Assembly (NCBI RefSeq): GCF_009914755.1
Contig: NC_060925.1
Direction: 5' to 3' (one strand)
DNA: 64,000 nucleotides
Origin: the human T2T-CHM13v2.0 reference genome, Homo sapiens
The position numbers and the translations under genes are program-made. A model generated the notes under the pieces. The model was not told the DNA's origin, did no database searches, and saw only the letters and a list, made by a program, of their open reading frames with translations. Below are positions 14,161-28,787 of the stretch, in pieces. Positions within the stretch are counted from its first letter, which is position 1. Each line of letters opens with the position of its first letter.

Positions 14161-15009
14161 GTGTGTAGGTAAAGTAATCTAGGAAAAAATAATCCATAAC
14201 CTAATAATTGTAATTAACATACTTAAAATACTTAGAGGTTTAGAACAGTCTTAAATACTACTCCACCAAGTATAAAATTCTCCCATTTTTTTCTTATAGG
14301 TTTCATCATTTTTATCCTAAAGAATATATTAATCATATTTCTTGCAAGGACTTGACGAGATAACATCATTTTGGAGACTATGGGGTTTTAAAGAACATTA
14401 AGCACAAGAAATCGTAATATAGATTTGCATAATACAAACAAAGAGATAGGACAAAAAAAAATCAGGTAATTAGAAGTAGTAGCCTTTCCCCAGTAATGAG
14501 TAGTGGCAAATATTTTGCACAGTTAATACAATGACATATTTTTATTCAAATGCTATTATAAGTGTTTTATGGTTAAACATCGAATAATTTCAGAAGCAAA
14601 CAAAAAAAGATAACCTTGTTGGATATAAAAATACTAGAGACCCATAGGCCAAAGCAACTTCACACATTAAAAAAAAGCACATCAAAATTATTTGAAGCAT
14701 ACAAAAACTAATCTGCTGTAACATAGGAGGCTATCCTAACTGTAACAGTGTTTGAAGCTAGTATTTAGAAATGGTACATAATTTGTCTCTACTGTATTGA
14801 CAAAAAGATGTTAAATTCATGCTATGGATAAGAACATTTTTACCAAATTTTTATAAATATTTTATATTTTAAGAATATAAACATTTTAAAATTATTTTAT
14901 AAACATTTTATACACTTTTGTCGAAAAATCCTTTCTAGAAGAAACTCCATTAAGGCAACTTTATTAATTCTTACTTTATGGACTAATTTTTGACACAGAT
15001 TTTCCTGTC

Positions 15010-15476
15010 CCTATGAATCCATTCTTGTACACGCTAAAGAAGTACCTGAGACTTGGTAATTTATTATATAAAGAAAATTAATCTGTTCTTGCACTGCCAT
15101 AAAGAAAGACCTGAGACTTGGTAATTGGCTCATGGTTGTGCAGGCTGTACATGAAGTATGATGGTAGCATCTGCTTCTGGGGAGGCCTCAGGGAGCTTTT
15201 ACTCATGGTGGGAGGCAAAGCAAGAGCAGATGTCTTACATGGCAGGAGCAGGACTAAGAGAGAAAGTGGGGAGGTGCTACACACTTTTAAAACAACCAGA
15301 TCAAATGATAACTCACTCATTCACTATCATGAGGACAGCATCAAAAGGATGGTGCTAAATCATTCATGGAAACTTCACCTCCATGATCCAATCACCTCCC
15401 AGCAGGCCCCACTTTCAACACTGGGGATTACATTTCTACATGTGATTTGGTGGGGACACAGAATCAAACCATATCA
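15010..15476 (-). mobile_element. Solo MSTA/MSTB LTR with a duplicated ~55-bp terminal block
   Basis: ggctcatggtt.tgcaggctgtaca..aag; ends aaaccatatca; cctgagacttggtaat occurs twice. Confidence 0.85.
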
Positions 15477-16802
15477 CTTTGTATAAATTAAAATTCAATT
15501 TTTTGAATTGATTCTTATTCAATCTATATCTTATTTATGCCTTCCTTTATTATGATTTTTATAGGAGCTATTACCATGAAGTCTAAATTTGTGAACAAAT
15601 TTTGTCAAAAGAATTGATCCTTTATTCAACTAAAAGATTGAGTTTCAACATGTCAATTTATATTGATGTTAATATTAAATAATTTTTGAGATAATATTTA
15701 TTGTTTAAATGCTACTTCACTAACAGTGACAATTTTAAAAGGTTTATTATAGAAAAACTATATCATAATTAGATAAAAGATATGCAACACAGTCAAACGA
15801 TATCACTAAGCCAGGGATCTGGTGACATTAACTGTAGCCTCCTACTGGCCTCCCTCTGTAAGAGCCTTGGCAGAATGCATTTTCTCTCTGAGATCAAATA
15901 CAATAGATGTGTGCATGGAACACCTGGAAACCAGGAAGATAAAAGAATGGAGTTTCTTCCAGGTGTTTTTATACAGTCCTTCTTATTATTGCTTCTCTGC
16001 AATCAGCCTCAACAGCAGGGACCTGGAGGAATGGGGGGAGAGGTGGGAAAAAAGGGAAAAACTATCTCACAAAAAACGAGCAAAAAATGTCACTTTCACA
16101 GTCATCAATAAAAATTCTGATAAGTTGGGACAAACCTCCCCCAACTCTTTATAATTATAGATACACAAAACATTTACACAGTATGTTTTGTGCCTTGACC
16201 AGGAGTCAGTGCCACAAAGCTTCATTATTTTATTAGCACAGGTCAAGCTGATTCCAAGTCATTTGGAATTAATCCTCATAGTATAGCCACCACTAAGCCA
16301 TAATAATTTGGTCAATTAAAAAAATCATGGCCAATTCATTAAAGGCAGGTTTGAATATTGCCAGTTTCTGTTAGTACAGATTTTTAATTAATTTTCACTG
16401 AAAATTTAATTAAAGTAATAGTTTTTATTTATTTATTGGAGCAAAAAGCAAAGGCCATTAGTAAGCAGAAAAATGTGATTGGGTACCTAAATGGATCTAA
16501 ATATTGGGGTCAAATACCTTAATTTTGAAGTACTATTATTTCTCACTTCAATTTTTACACATCTAGTTGTAACCTCTGACGTTATCTCCTTTCATAGTGT
16601 AAATGATGCCACTCAATAGTGATTCTTAGTTTTGTCATAAACAGATATTATAACTTGGTGATTCCCTAATGTGAACCAGTTATGTGGTCATTTTAGAATG
16701 TCATGATAACAGGAAATACTTTGCACAGCGAAGCCTTGAATATAATTCATATTTGTTTTAGGGGTAGATGGAAAGATAGCTGTAGATAGATAGCTCTGGA
16801 TG

Positions 16803-16805
16803 GAC

Positions 16806-16837
<32 letters not shown>

Positions 16838-16856
16838 GGATAATAGATAGATAGAA
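16803..16856. repeat. (GA)n/(GATA)n microsatellite
   Basis: Seen directly in the sequence. Confidence 0.9.
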
Positions 16857-17052
16857 TCCTCCCAAACAGTAATTGCTTCACAAAGCAACAATGTATTTAT
16901 AATAAATAAAAGTGAATAATGAATATATTTGTACACCACACATTAAGGTATTTATAAATAATGAACTAACTTATACTCTAATATTATGCAACATGATATC
17001 AAATAGCATTTGCTCTGTTTTTAAATCATAGAGAATGCATTACTAGTAAATA

Positions 17053-17094
17053 ATTGAGCACGTAGACTGAGCACATAGATTGAGCACATGGACT
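17053..17094. repeat. 13-bp tandem repeat x3 (tgagcacatagay)
   Basis: ttgagcacgtagac-tgagcacatagat-tgagcacatggac. Confidence 0.85.
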
Positions 17095-18084
17095 GTGATT
17101 TTTGAGACTGAATCATATTTCCCTTTCAGAAAGAACTGTCACACATATTATTTCAAAAACCTAGAAAAATGCTAAATTTATCTAGAAATGATATAGACAC
17201 ATTAATCATAGGAGGCCCTTCAATTCATAATTCCCAAACTAATGTGAATTTAGGAAAAAAATTATTAGCATTTCTGTTCCAGAAAGAATATAGTCTTTTA
17301 TTCTAAAAAATAGTGACATAAAATTACGTATATGTGTGTGTGTGCATGCATACATTTGTTTTTCTTTTTTTCCACAGCAGTTGATTTTTATTCAATTTAG
17401 AAATACATCTTAGACACTGAGGAATTGATTCCCATATTTGGTATGTAAAATTTGGAGGACAGCAAAGGAGATTTGCATTACATTTATTACAGTGAAAGAG
17501 TTTGCTCTGAAGATTTTGACAACAGACTCCACCAATTCTTTTACAAAGAAGAGTGAAAAAAATGGCTTTTTCTGGTGAAATTGATTTCCTTTCCAAGTGA
17601 TTTTGAAGTAGTGAGATGCTCATGAACAATATTACTCATGAAAATTTGTAATGAGAAAACAAAAACAGAAACTAAAACTAAGCTTATTCTCTCACCATGG
17701 CAATGGAAAATACAAATACTCTACAAGAACAACATCGAACATTGCCGCAACATTCAATTCAATTCTAAAATTTAAAAACAGTCCAAATATCGGATATAGC
17801 TCTTTAGAAACTTAGGTGACAAGGAATGTCCCCATTCTCATGGTTAATTTACTCAAATGATTAATTTCTAACATTAGGATTCTGATGTTGCAGTCCTTCT
17901 TTTAGGGGATGGTTGGCTTTTATCACACAGGTGTTTTGAGGCATCTGAAAATCAGAGGGAATGGAGAGAAAATATTAAAGAGATGGAATGTGTTGAGATA
18001 GAATATTGCCCTCTTGAATTCATTATTCATATTAACTGTTAGAAATAATTATGCTACACCAAAAGTAACCATTTATTAACTGAT

Positions 18085-20632
18085 TTTATTTTTTTTAAAT
18101 ATTGTTATTTCAATAGTGTTTGGGTAACAAGTGGTGTTTGGTTACATGGATAAGTTCTTTAGTGGTGATTTCTGAGATTTTAGTGCACCCATCACCCAAG
18201 CAATATACACTGTACCGGATGTATAGTTATTTACCCCTCACCCTCCTCCCACCCTTCCCTCTTAAGTCCCCAAACTCCATTGTATGATTATTCTGCCTTT
18301 GTGTGCTCATAGCTTAGCTCCCACTCATAATAAGAACATACGATGTTTGGTTTTCCATTCCTGAATTACTTCACGCAGAAAAATGGTCTCCAATTCCATC
18401 CAGGTTGCCATTATTTCTTTCCCTTTTATGGCTGAGTAGTATTCTAGGCTGTGTGTTTGTGTGTGTGTGTGTGTACATCACAATTTCTTAATCCACTTGT
18501 TGATTGATGAACTTTTGGGATGGTTCCATATTTTTGCAATTGCAAATTGTGCTGCTCTAAACATGGATGTGCAAGTGTTTTTTCATATAATGACTTCTTT
18601 CCTCTGGGTAGATACACAGTAGTGGGATTACTAACAGTCTAAAAGTGTCCCCTTTTACCACATTCATGCCAACACTTAACTTATTTTTATTTTTTAATTA
18701 ATAGCCATTCTTGCAGGAGTAAGGTAGTATTGCATTGTGGTTTTGATTTGCATTTCCCTGATAATTAGTGATGTTGAGCATTTTTTCATATGTTTGTTGG
18801 CCATTTGTATATCTTCTTTTGAGAATTGTCTATTTGTGTCTTTAGCACACTTTTTGTTGAAATTATTTATTATTTTATTGCTGATTTGTTTGAGCTCCTT
18901 GTAGATTCTGGATATTGGTTATTCGTTAAATGCATAGTTGGTGAAAATTTTCTCCCAATCTGTGGGTTGTCTGTTTACTCTCCTGATAATTTCTTTTGCT
19001 ACATAAAAGCTTTTTGATTTAATTAAGTCTCATCTCTTTATTTTGGTTTTTGTTGTATTTGCTGTTGGGTTCTTGATCATAAACTCTGCGTAAGCCAATG
19101 TCTAGAATACTTTTTCTGATGTTGTCTTGCAGAATGTTTATGGTTTCAGGTTTTAGATTTAAGTCTTTGATCCATGTTAAGTGGCTTTTTATATAAGGTG
19201 AGAAATTAGGATTCAGCTTCATTCTTCTACATGTGGCTTGCCAATTATCCCACCACCGTTTGTTGAATACGGTGTCCTTTCACACTTTATGTTTTTGTCT
19301 GCTTTCTTGAAGATCAATTGGCTGTAAGTATTTGACTTTACTTCTGGGTTCTTTATTCTGTTCCATTGGTCTATGTACCTATTTTTATTACCAGTACCTT
19401 GGTGTTGTGGAGACTACAGTCTTGTGGTATAGTTTGAAGTCGGGGAATGTGATGCCTTCAGATTTGTTCTTTTTGCTTAGTCTTGCTTTGGCTATGCCGG
19501 CACTTTATGGTTCCATATAAATTTTAGGATTTTTTTTTTAATTCTGTGAAGAATGATGATGGTAATTTGATGGGAATTGCATTGCATTTGTAGACTGTTT
19601 TTGGCAGTATGGTCATTTTCACAATATTGATTCTACCCATCAATGAGCATGGGATGTGTTTCAATTTGTTTGTGTCATTGTGATTTCTTTCAGCCGTGTT
19701 TTGTAGTTTTCACTCTAGAGGTCTTTCTCCTCCTTGGTTACACATATTCCTAAGTATTTTATTTTTATTTGTTTGCAGCTATTGTAAAAGGGATTGAATT
19801 ATTTATTTGATTCTCAGTTTGGTCGCTGTTGGTGTATAGCAGTGCTACTTATTTGTGTACATTAATTTTGTATTCTGCTGCTGGTTTGTTTACATTAATT
19901 TTGTATCCTGAAATTTTAAGAATTCATTTATCAGATCTAGGAGCTTTTTGGAAGAGTCTTTAGAGTTTTCTAGGTATGTGAACATATCATGAACGAACAG
20001 CCACAGTTTCACTTCCTCTTTACTGACTTGGATGCCCTTTATTCCTTTCTCTTGTTTGATTGCTCTGGCTAGGACTTCTGGTACTATGTTGAACAGAAGT
20101 GATGAAAGTGGGCATCCTCGTCTTCTTGCAGTTCTCAAGGGTAATGCTTTCAACATTTCTGTGTTCAGTATAATGTTGGCTGTGGATTTGTCATAGATGG
20201 CTCTTATTACCTTTAGATATGTTCGCTTGTATGCCGATTTTGGCGAGGGTGTTAAAAACCAATGCTGGATTTTTCAAATGCTTTTTCTGCATCTATTGAG
20301 ATAAACATATGATTTTTGTTTTTAATTCTGTTTATGTGGTGTATTATATTTATTGACTTGCATATGTAAAAGCATCCCTGCATCCCTGGTATGAAACCCA
20401 TTTGATCATGTTAGATTATTTTTTTGATACGGTGTTGGTTTCGGTTAGCTAGTATTTTGTTCAGGATTTTTGCATCTCTGCTTGTCAGGGATATTGGTCT
20501 GTAGTTTCCTTTTTTTTGTTATGTCCTTTCTTATTTTTCGTATTAGGTTTATACTGCCTTCATGAATGATTTAGAAAGGATTCCCACTTATTCTATCTTT
20601 TGAAATAGATTCAGTAGGATTGGTACCAATTC
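18085..20632 (-). mobile_element. L1PB1-type LINE, 3' portion (3' UTR and ORF2)
   Basis: Characteristic 3' end ggttacatggataagttctttagtggtgatttctgagattt; ORF2 remnants in the ORF track (19890-20156 [20 protein letters not shown]). Confidence 0.9.
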
Positions 20633-21114
20633 TGTCAAGGAACTAGAGAAACAAAAACAAACCAAACTGAAGCCCAACAGAAGAACATAAATAACAAAGA
20701 TCAGCTCAGAACCAAATGAAATTGGAACAACAACAAAAATACAAAAGATAAATGAAACAAAAAGCTGGTTCCTTGAAAAGACAAATAAAATTGATAGAAC
20801 ATTAGTGAGATTAACCAAGAAAAGAAGAAAGAAGATTCAAATAAGCTCTGCTAGAACTAAAATGGGAGATATTACAACCGATAACACAGAAATAAGAAAG
20901 ATTATTCAAGGCTACAATAAATACCTTTACACACAAACTAGAAAACCTCAAGGACATGGATAAATTCCTGGAAATATACAGTCCTCCTAGATAAAACCAG
21001 GAAGAAATCGAAACTCTGAATACACCAATACCAGCAGTGAGATTGAAATGGTAATCAAAAAACTTGCCAATAAAAAAAAGTCCAGCACCAGATGGATCCA
21101 TAGATGAATTCTAC
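20633..21114 (+). mobile_element. Inverted 5' segment of the same L1PB1 (ORF2, KELEK...EFY)
   Basis: Abrupt strand switch from T-rich to A-rich L1 ORF2 sequence at ggtaccaattct|gtcaaggaactagag. Confidence 0.9.
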
Positions 21115-21550
21115 TTGACTTTAATATTTTTTTAAAAATTTTGTTTTATTTATGCATAATGTTGCTTTAATTCAATATCAAATACAAGATCATATCCAGG
21201 AGTGTCATCCTTCCAGGTATATTTATTTATTTATTCCTAATTTTTATTAACACTTTGAACAAGTATGTTAGATAAATACATAGTTGTATGCCTAACTTAT
21301 GTTCATATCTATCTCATTTCATGTTAATGAATGAATACCAATGTAAAGAGTGAGGCTTGAAAATAATTTAATGTTTTTTCCTTTTGAAAACTTTTTTTAA
21401 TGAAGGCAAGACTGTATTCACTCTACTTTTTTCTCTCGTCTCCAAAAACTGAGGTCTTTTAAAAATGTTTTATGGCCACCAAGAGGTACTCACTATAGAT
21501 TCTCATCCAGGATTCTTTACTCTGTTAATGCTTCATCATGTCTCTCTGTG

Positions 21551-21554
<4 letters not shown>

Positions 21555-21590
<36 letters not shown>
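21555..21590. repeat. (TG)n microsatellite
   Basis: Seen directly in the sequence. Confidence 0.95.
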
Positions 21591-21597
<7 letters not shown>

Positions 21598-23258
21598 TTA
21601 TGTCCACATGCATACAGGTGTGTGTGTGTTGGGAGGGGGTATGTATCTCATTTGCCATCAAATTTAGCCTTTCTGTGTTTTAAATTTTATTTTTACTAAA
21701 AGTTATAGTTAAATGAATTAATATTATATCATTTATGCTCATCACATTTTGAAAAATGATTTTCTTTTCTAATAAATGATCATCAGGTTCTCATTTCCCT
21801 GATTCAAAGGAGTTAAAAATTACACATCTTGATGCATTCTCACAGGATATTTGAGAAATTTGTCCCTAAATCATCAGTGTCCCTGAAATCATAGTAACTT
21901 TTCTACTTAATTCTATATATGACTACTTAGATATTTGAATTCGGCATTCATGCAAATATTTTTTTAAATAAGTTTTAGAAAACCAAAGTCAATTTATTAA
22001 GCAGCATGTCTATGATAAAAATTCTTTACACTACATCTTTATTTAGTAAAACAAGTATCTTTTCCACTAACCAGGAAATTTGAGTTTAAGGGTGAATTAA
22101 ACTGATAAACCTGTTTGTATTAATTTTTGTCTAAGTGGCTTAATATTAAGTTCAAGTATTAAAAATGGGAAAATTATATGAATTGTACTACATAATATTA
22201 GTTGAAAATATATCCTGTAACAGTAAAAACTATCAGGCATATGGCTGTTTTATATATCATTGGAAACCTTTAATTGGTTTCAATGGGTATAATGCATAAT
22301 ATTTTCAGCAATTTATAAATATATCAGAACTTGTAAAATAAAATGAGGTAGTAATTTTCAAGCTATGGATTGCTTTTCTTTGTGCCTCATTCTTCATTAT
22401 ACTTATTTTAGAATTCATTAGCAGTGTTTCCACTAGAGAACTATTCAAAAATCATATTGATATTTTAAAAAATTACCAAGATAAAAATACTGAAACATAA
22501 ATTTCCTAAAGTTATTTCAATATACAATGAATTACACCAATTAGAAATATTACCAATAACTGGAGTTATCATTCAACAATAGTAGGAAATATGTGTTATG
22601 GCTCATTATTTTTTAATGATTATAATATTTAACCATAACTTCTAGAATTGATAACATTAGTCTCAAAAGTGAGTTACATGAATAATTAAGCCTGTCTATA
22701 TTATAAGCAAGTTAATAAATCTAAATCTATGAAATATTAAAGGCCATAATATACAAGAGTTGATTTATATAGATATATATAATAGAAGAATCACATACTA
22801 TACTTATCAGTAATAATAACCTGTCTTCCTATCTCAGAATCCAAGGAAGCTGAATATTCAAAAGTTTTGTAGTCAAGTAATTTTCATTAAGTAGGAAATT
22901 TCCAACTTGCAAGATAGTTTTTACGTGGAGCATTATCTCTTTATAATTTGTTAATTTATCAGGATATTATAGTTATCTTTAATAACATCTATCTTAAAAT
23001 ATCTTACATTAAAACCACCTCTTCTAATTTATATGTACATTGTTTTGTATTTACTAAAATTTCTAATATGAGGATATTTTTCCTATTTTGTTCTTTTCTC
23101 ATTTTGCAAAATATAGGTTTAATTTCTGTTTGTATCATAATATTTTCACGTTTTAGGTCCTGTATTTATCACTCTGTCTTTGCCTTTGCCTACATCCAAA
23201 ACAAAAGGATATTTCCTTTTACATGTTGCACCTTTCCTCTGATCCTAAAACTTTTCCT

Positions 23259-23562
23259 GGAGACAGTCCTACTCTGTCGCCCAGGCTGGAGTGCAGTGGC
23301 ATGATCTTGGCTCATTGCAACATTCCCCACTGCCCTCAACCCCCATCCGCCAGGTTCAAACAATTCTTGTGCCTTAGCCTCCCAAGTAGCTGGAACTACA
23401 GGTGCGTGCTAACACACCCAGCTAATCTTTTGTATTTTTAGTAGAGATGGGGTTTCACCAAGTTAGCCAGGCTGGTCTCGAACTGCTGGCCCTCAAATGA
23501 TGTGCCTGTCCACCTCATCCTCCCAAAGTGCTGGGATTACAGGCTGAGCCATCATACCCAAC
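23259..23562 (-). mobile_element. Alu (J/S) with no A-tail and a small insertion
   Basis: gagacag..ctgtcgcccaggctggagtgcagtggc...cccaaagtgctgggattacagg. Confidence 0.9.
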
Positions 23563-24725
23563 ATCCTTTGTTTTTTTTTTATGTTTTGTTTTCCTATTCA
23601 GTACTCTATTATTTCAACCTAACACATATCTATCCTTCCATCCCCAAATACACTGGATTATTTCTTTCTGAATCATCACACTATTTCCATTAATTATCAA
23701 AACTGGCTGGGCATTCACTCGTGTTCATTTTTCTCTGAATCCCCAGAGTTAAAGCCTGACCACTTTAGTAAGAAGAAAAGAAAAAAGGTGTTGTGGCTCA
23801 CTAGATGTGAAGATCCTGAAAATGATAATTATACAGTGTTTAAGTAACTGAAGTCACTTCCAAATGGCCTATCTTCAATGAAATTCACATAACACATGCA
23901 ATAAATTATTAAACTGAATCATATTCTATTCTGGGGGGCTCCCTGGCATATGAAGTATGAATCATATCCTAGCATACCATTTTTCTTATTTTAACAGGAC
24001 AAGGTCCTGGTAATCAGATTTGACATGCTTGAATAAAATATCAAGTGTCATTTTTCCAAAAAAAAAAAAAAAGTGAATTTCTATTACTTTTGAAGGAGTC
24101 TAAACAACATGAGGAATGAAGTGGCAAACTACCATGAATAAAATGTTCATAAAATATCACTGATCATGATGATAGTTCCTTAATAGAACCCACCTAAGAG
24201 GATAAAATTGTTAAAATTGACATCCCCTGACACTTGTAAGATAAACCTATTTGAAAAGAGAGCAGCAACAAAAAGAGATCGCTCAGCAGCTGCCTGCATG
24301 TCTCAAGTTTTCCCTTTGTCTTTCACAACATATTTTCACCATAGGCTCCTTCATTTGATGTAAAATTGATTTCTTGAAGGTAGTTTTAGACAATTAAATG
24401 TGTATTTTTAGATTAGATAATAGATCTTTGCTATGCTAAACTGGAAATTTTTTTTACCAGTCAATCTACCATTTAAAATGATGTCTTAATTCCTTTATGT
24501 GCGGTATGAGAATTTAAACTTGGATTGGTAATTTTGAGACATAGTACACAAAATATAGACAAAAATCAACAAATAAGAGTCGTAATTTTGTACCTCAGAA
24601 AGACTGGGTTCATTATTTATTTTGAAATTTTATTTTATTATTTATTTCTTTAAATTATTTCAAAATTTTATTACCTAACATGGATGACTCTAACTGAAAA
24701 TCACTATGACTTCCATTCTTTCTGC

Positions 24726-24960
24726 TGTAGGCAGAATAATACGCCACACCCAAATGTCTAGGTCTTATCACTGAAACTTCTAAATGTGTTATGTTATATG
24801 CCGTGGAGTAATTAAGTGTGCAGATGGAATTAAATTTGCAAATTAGATGAAGATGTGGGAAATTATTATGATTGGACCAATATAATAAGCACAGGTATCC
24901 TTACGAGTGAAAGAGAGAGGTGCAACAGTCAGTGTCATAGTGATGAGATGTGACAATAGG
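24726..24960 (+). mobile_element. MLT1-type LTR fragment
   Basis: tgtaggcagaataat..., gcagatggaattaa.tttgc.aattag. Confidence 0.6.
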
Positions 24961-26964
24961 ACTGGCCATGCTAATTTGGTTCATAATTAAAGTCATTTGT
25001 CCATGTCTATCTTTTACTAATTCAATGCATAATATAAATAATGTAATCAAACACCATGAACCCACCATAAACCAAACAATTTCATGTATCACTAATTCTA
25101 AACTATGTATTTTTTTTCTTCCTATTTCCTTAGCTTCCTCTACAGGAACAACTACCCTTAACTCTTCATTAAATTTATGTGTCTGCATTTTTATTTATAT
25201 TCATATTTATGTTCCCATTATTTGTATTCCCTTAGACACATATATCAAATACATCTCTATCTCCATATCTATCATCTTCTCTTTATCTAGATATAAATAT
25301 AGGTGATATATATTTTTAATATCGCTCTTCATTTTTATACTGCCCTATGCAATATAACCTTCAAATTTTAGTTGCTATCAAAATGTTTTAAAGTATGCTG
25401 CTCTGTATTTAGCCTGTAGGTATTTGCTTTGCCACTCAAACAATTATTTGCATGCTTGTGTAAAAGTTTGTCTGTGTGACTGAAAATAGCAATAGTTTTT
25501 TTGTTTGTATTGTTTTATGTTATCCTACTAGTGTTATTATACTCAAATTTATTTATCCATTCACCTAGCAACAGGTTTTATGTTTATAATATTATCTTAT
25601 GAACTACACCAAAATAATAGTCAGAAGCATTTTAAAACATGTAATTATAGAAGACTTCATGCATACTAAATATAATATATAAATATGTAAATAACACAGG
25701 TATATAACAATATACTAAAATAAACACCATCATTCACCATAATTTGTAATAGTTTGTTGACTATAGTTATTCCTTCTTTTTGAAAGATTAGTAAATTCAC
25801 CCCTGAAATAATTTGGCACTGGTGTTTAATTTTGAAAAAAAGTTTAACAAAGCTTTTTAAAAAGTTTATATCACACATTTTTAATAACAGTCCTCCCATT
25901 TTTTGTTTATAGTTTTATTCATATTTTCTTGTATTTTTGTGTCAGTTGTAGGAAGTTATATTTCCTAGAAAATTGTCAATGTCAGGTAAGATTATAATTA
26001 TTTTGAATAAATTTGTTCACAATTTCCCTTGTTGTATTTAATTTCTGCTGTATCTCTAGCTATGAAATGATTTTCTCTCCCAATATTATTTATTTGTTCC
26101 TTATTTGTCTCTACTGAATCCATTTTGCTTCAGATAAACATTTGGGTGTGTTAGTCTTGTCTAATTTTTGTGTTTATTATTTATTAATATCTGCTTTTAT
26201 GTTTATCATATCCTACTTAGTAATTTCCCAGGAGTTATTCTGATATATTTTCCTCACTTTTGAAGTATTAAATGTATTAAATTTCTTTTCTTTCTTTACT
26301 AGTTAATAATTTAAAAATATATATGTATTCCCAGTATATAACATTTTTATACCATTATTTTTATATTCATCTATAAATATCTTCTTATTAACATGATATT
26401 TCTCTTAGGTTCAATAATAATTCTGTTGTATTTTAAAATATCAACCACTTTTAGACAGTTTTGTTGTCAGTGTTGTTGTTTTTGTGGTTGTTGTTTTGCT
26501 TTCTAATGTAATTTGCATCATAGATAATATAAATTTCAGAGTAAAAGTAATTGGAAACTTGTTGAGACAACTTATGGTGCAATGAATTGTAAGTTTTGTA
26601 TATTATTAGAACTTTCAAGGATGACAACTGTCATTGTTAAGTCTTGTGTTGTAGATATATTCAATAGACTAGCAGTTTTAAAGTATATCTCATTATTAAA
26701 ACGTTTAAATATCTCAATGTTTAAAAGCATAAGATGTATTTTTAAAACTAAATCCTATTGATATTCATATGCTTATCTACCACTTCCTGAAAAACATGTA
26801 TTAATATCTTCTAATCAATATTCCTTGTTCTGTCCATATTCTCTGTATATTTTTGAAAGGCTTATTTGTATAGACATTTGTAATTATTTTTGTGTTCTTC
26901 TTAATTAAAAATTTATTTTCAATATAGCAAACCTTTTTTCTCCTATTTATTTACAACTTTTTAA

Positions 26965-27284
<320 letters not shown>

Positions 27285-27574
27285 CATTTTTTCTTTCATG
27301 CTTTCTCTGTGATTGGAAAAATTTACCATTAATATATTTTTGGTGATAATATGTCTTATTTATTTCTCTCAAGTTATTCTTTTCTATAATATTCATTTGC
27401 TATTTTTTCTGTTTTTACTGAGATTGTATTTTCCTTTATGTTATAAATCTCAATGTTTTTAATTACTTATAGTATTTAATTTAAAATTGATCTTAATAGT
27501 ATTGTTCTGATCCATATAGGACTCTTAAATCTCTATAATGCAGAAGTCTCCTTTTCATTTCGTATGATCTTCTC

Positions 27575-27862
27575 TTTTATTATTATTATTATTATTTTGA
27601 GACAAAGTCTCACTCTGCTGCCAAGGCTAGAAGACAGTGGTGTGATCTTGGCTCACTGCAACCTCCTCCTCCTGGGTTCAAGTGATTCTCCTACCTTAGC
27701 TTCCTGAGTAGCTGGAACTACAGGCACTCACCACCACACCCGGCTAATTTTTCTATTTTTGGTAGAGACAGAGTTTCACCATGGTGGCCAGGTTGGTCTC
27801 GAACACCTGACTTTAGGTGATCCACCCGCCTCCACCTCCCAAAGTGCTGGGAGTACAGGTGT
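27575..27862 (-). mobile_element. AluS with a (TTA)n tail
   Basis: Standard antisense Alu sequence. Confidence 0.92.
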
Positions 27863-28440
27863 CATGTTAAGATTTTATGCAGGTCAATCTCTCTGTAGAA
27901 TTGCCTGTTTATTATATTCTATATTGACATTTCTGCTTGCATCTTGAATTTTCCCTCTATAATAATTTATTCTTGAAATACATATTAATTTTTTTTTTAG
28001 AGATGGCATTTTGGAAGTTAATTTCTCCGTGGTGGTTCTTTGAAATATCTTGATTATTAACCCTATAATTGAAAGAGAATGTCTTTAGGTATAGAGTTTT
28101 AAACTGACAGTTATTTCATTCTTAGGACCATAATAATAACCAATACACAGTTTTCAACCTTTAATTGTGTTGTTTTGCTATCCTACACAAGTTTCAGTTG
28201 TTTATTTGGAAATAAGATAGATTTTTCTTATGTCTAATTTTAAGATATTTGCTCTGTCCTTGGTTGAACAATATTTCTCAATGATATACCAAGAATAGAT
28301 TTATTTATTTTTTTCTACTTCAAATTTGGTGACTTTGATGGATCTCAGGAATCATGTCTTTTATCAGGTATATGTTAGCAATTACTGGCCTAAGTAGTTG
28401 ATCTTTCCTTTCTCTCTATTCATTTAAGAACTCCTTTCAC

Positions 28441-28787
<347 letters not shown>

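Noticed and set aside
14420-14440. OCT-SOX composite motif (atttgcataataca)
   Set aside because: The SOX half is imperfect, and octamers are expected by chance in AT-rich DNA.
17053-17094. CRISPR-like or functional repeat array
   Set aside because: It is three abutting 13-bp units without spacers in primate DNA, i.e. a simple tandem repeat.
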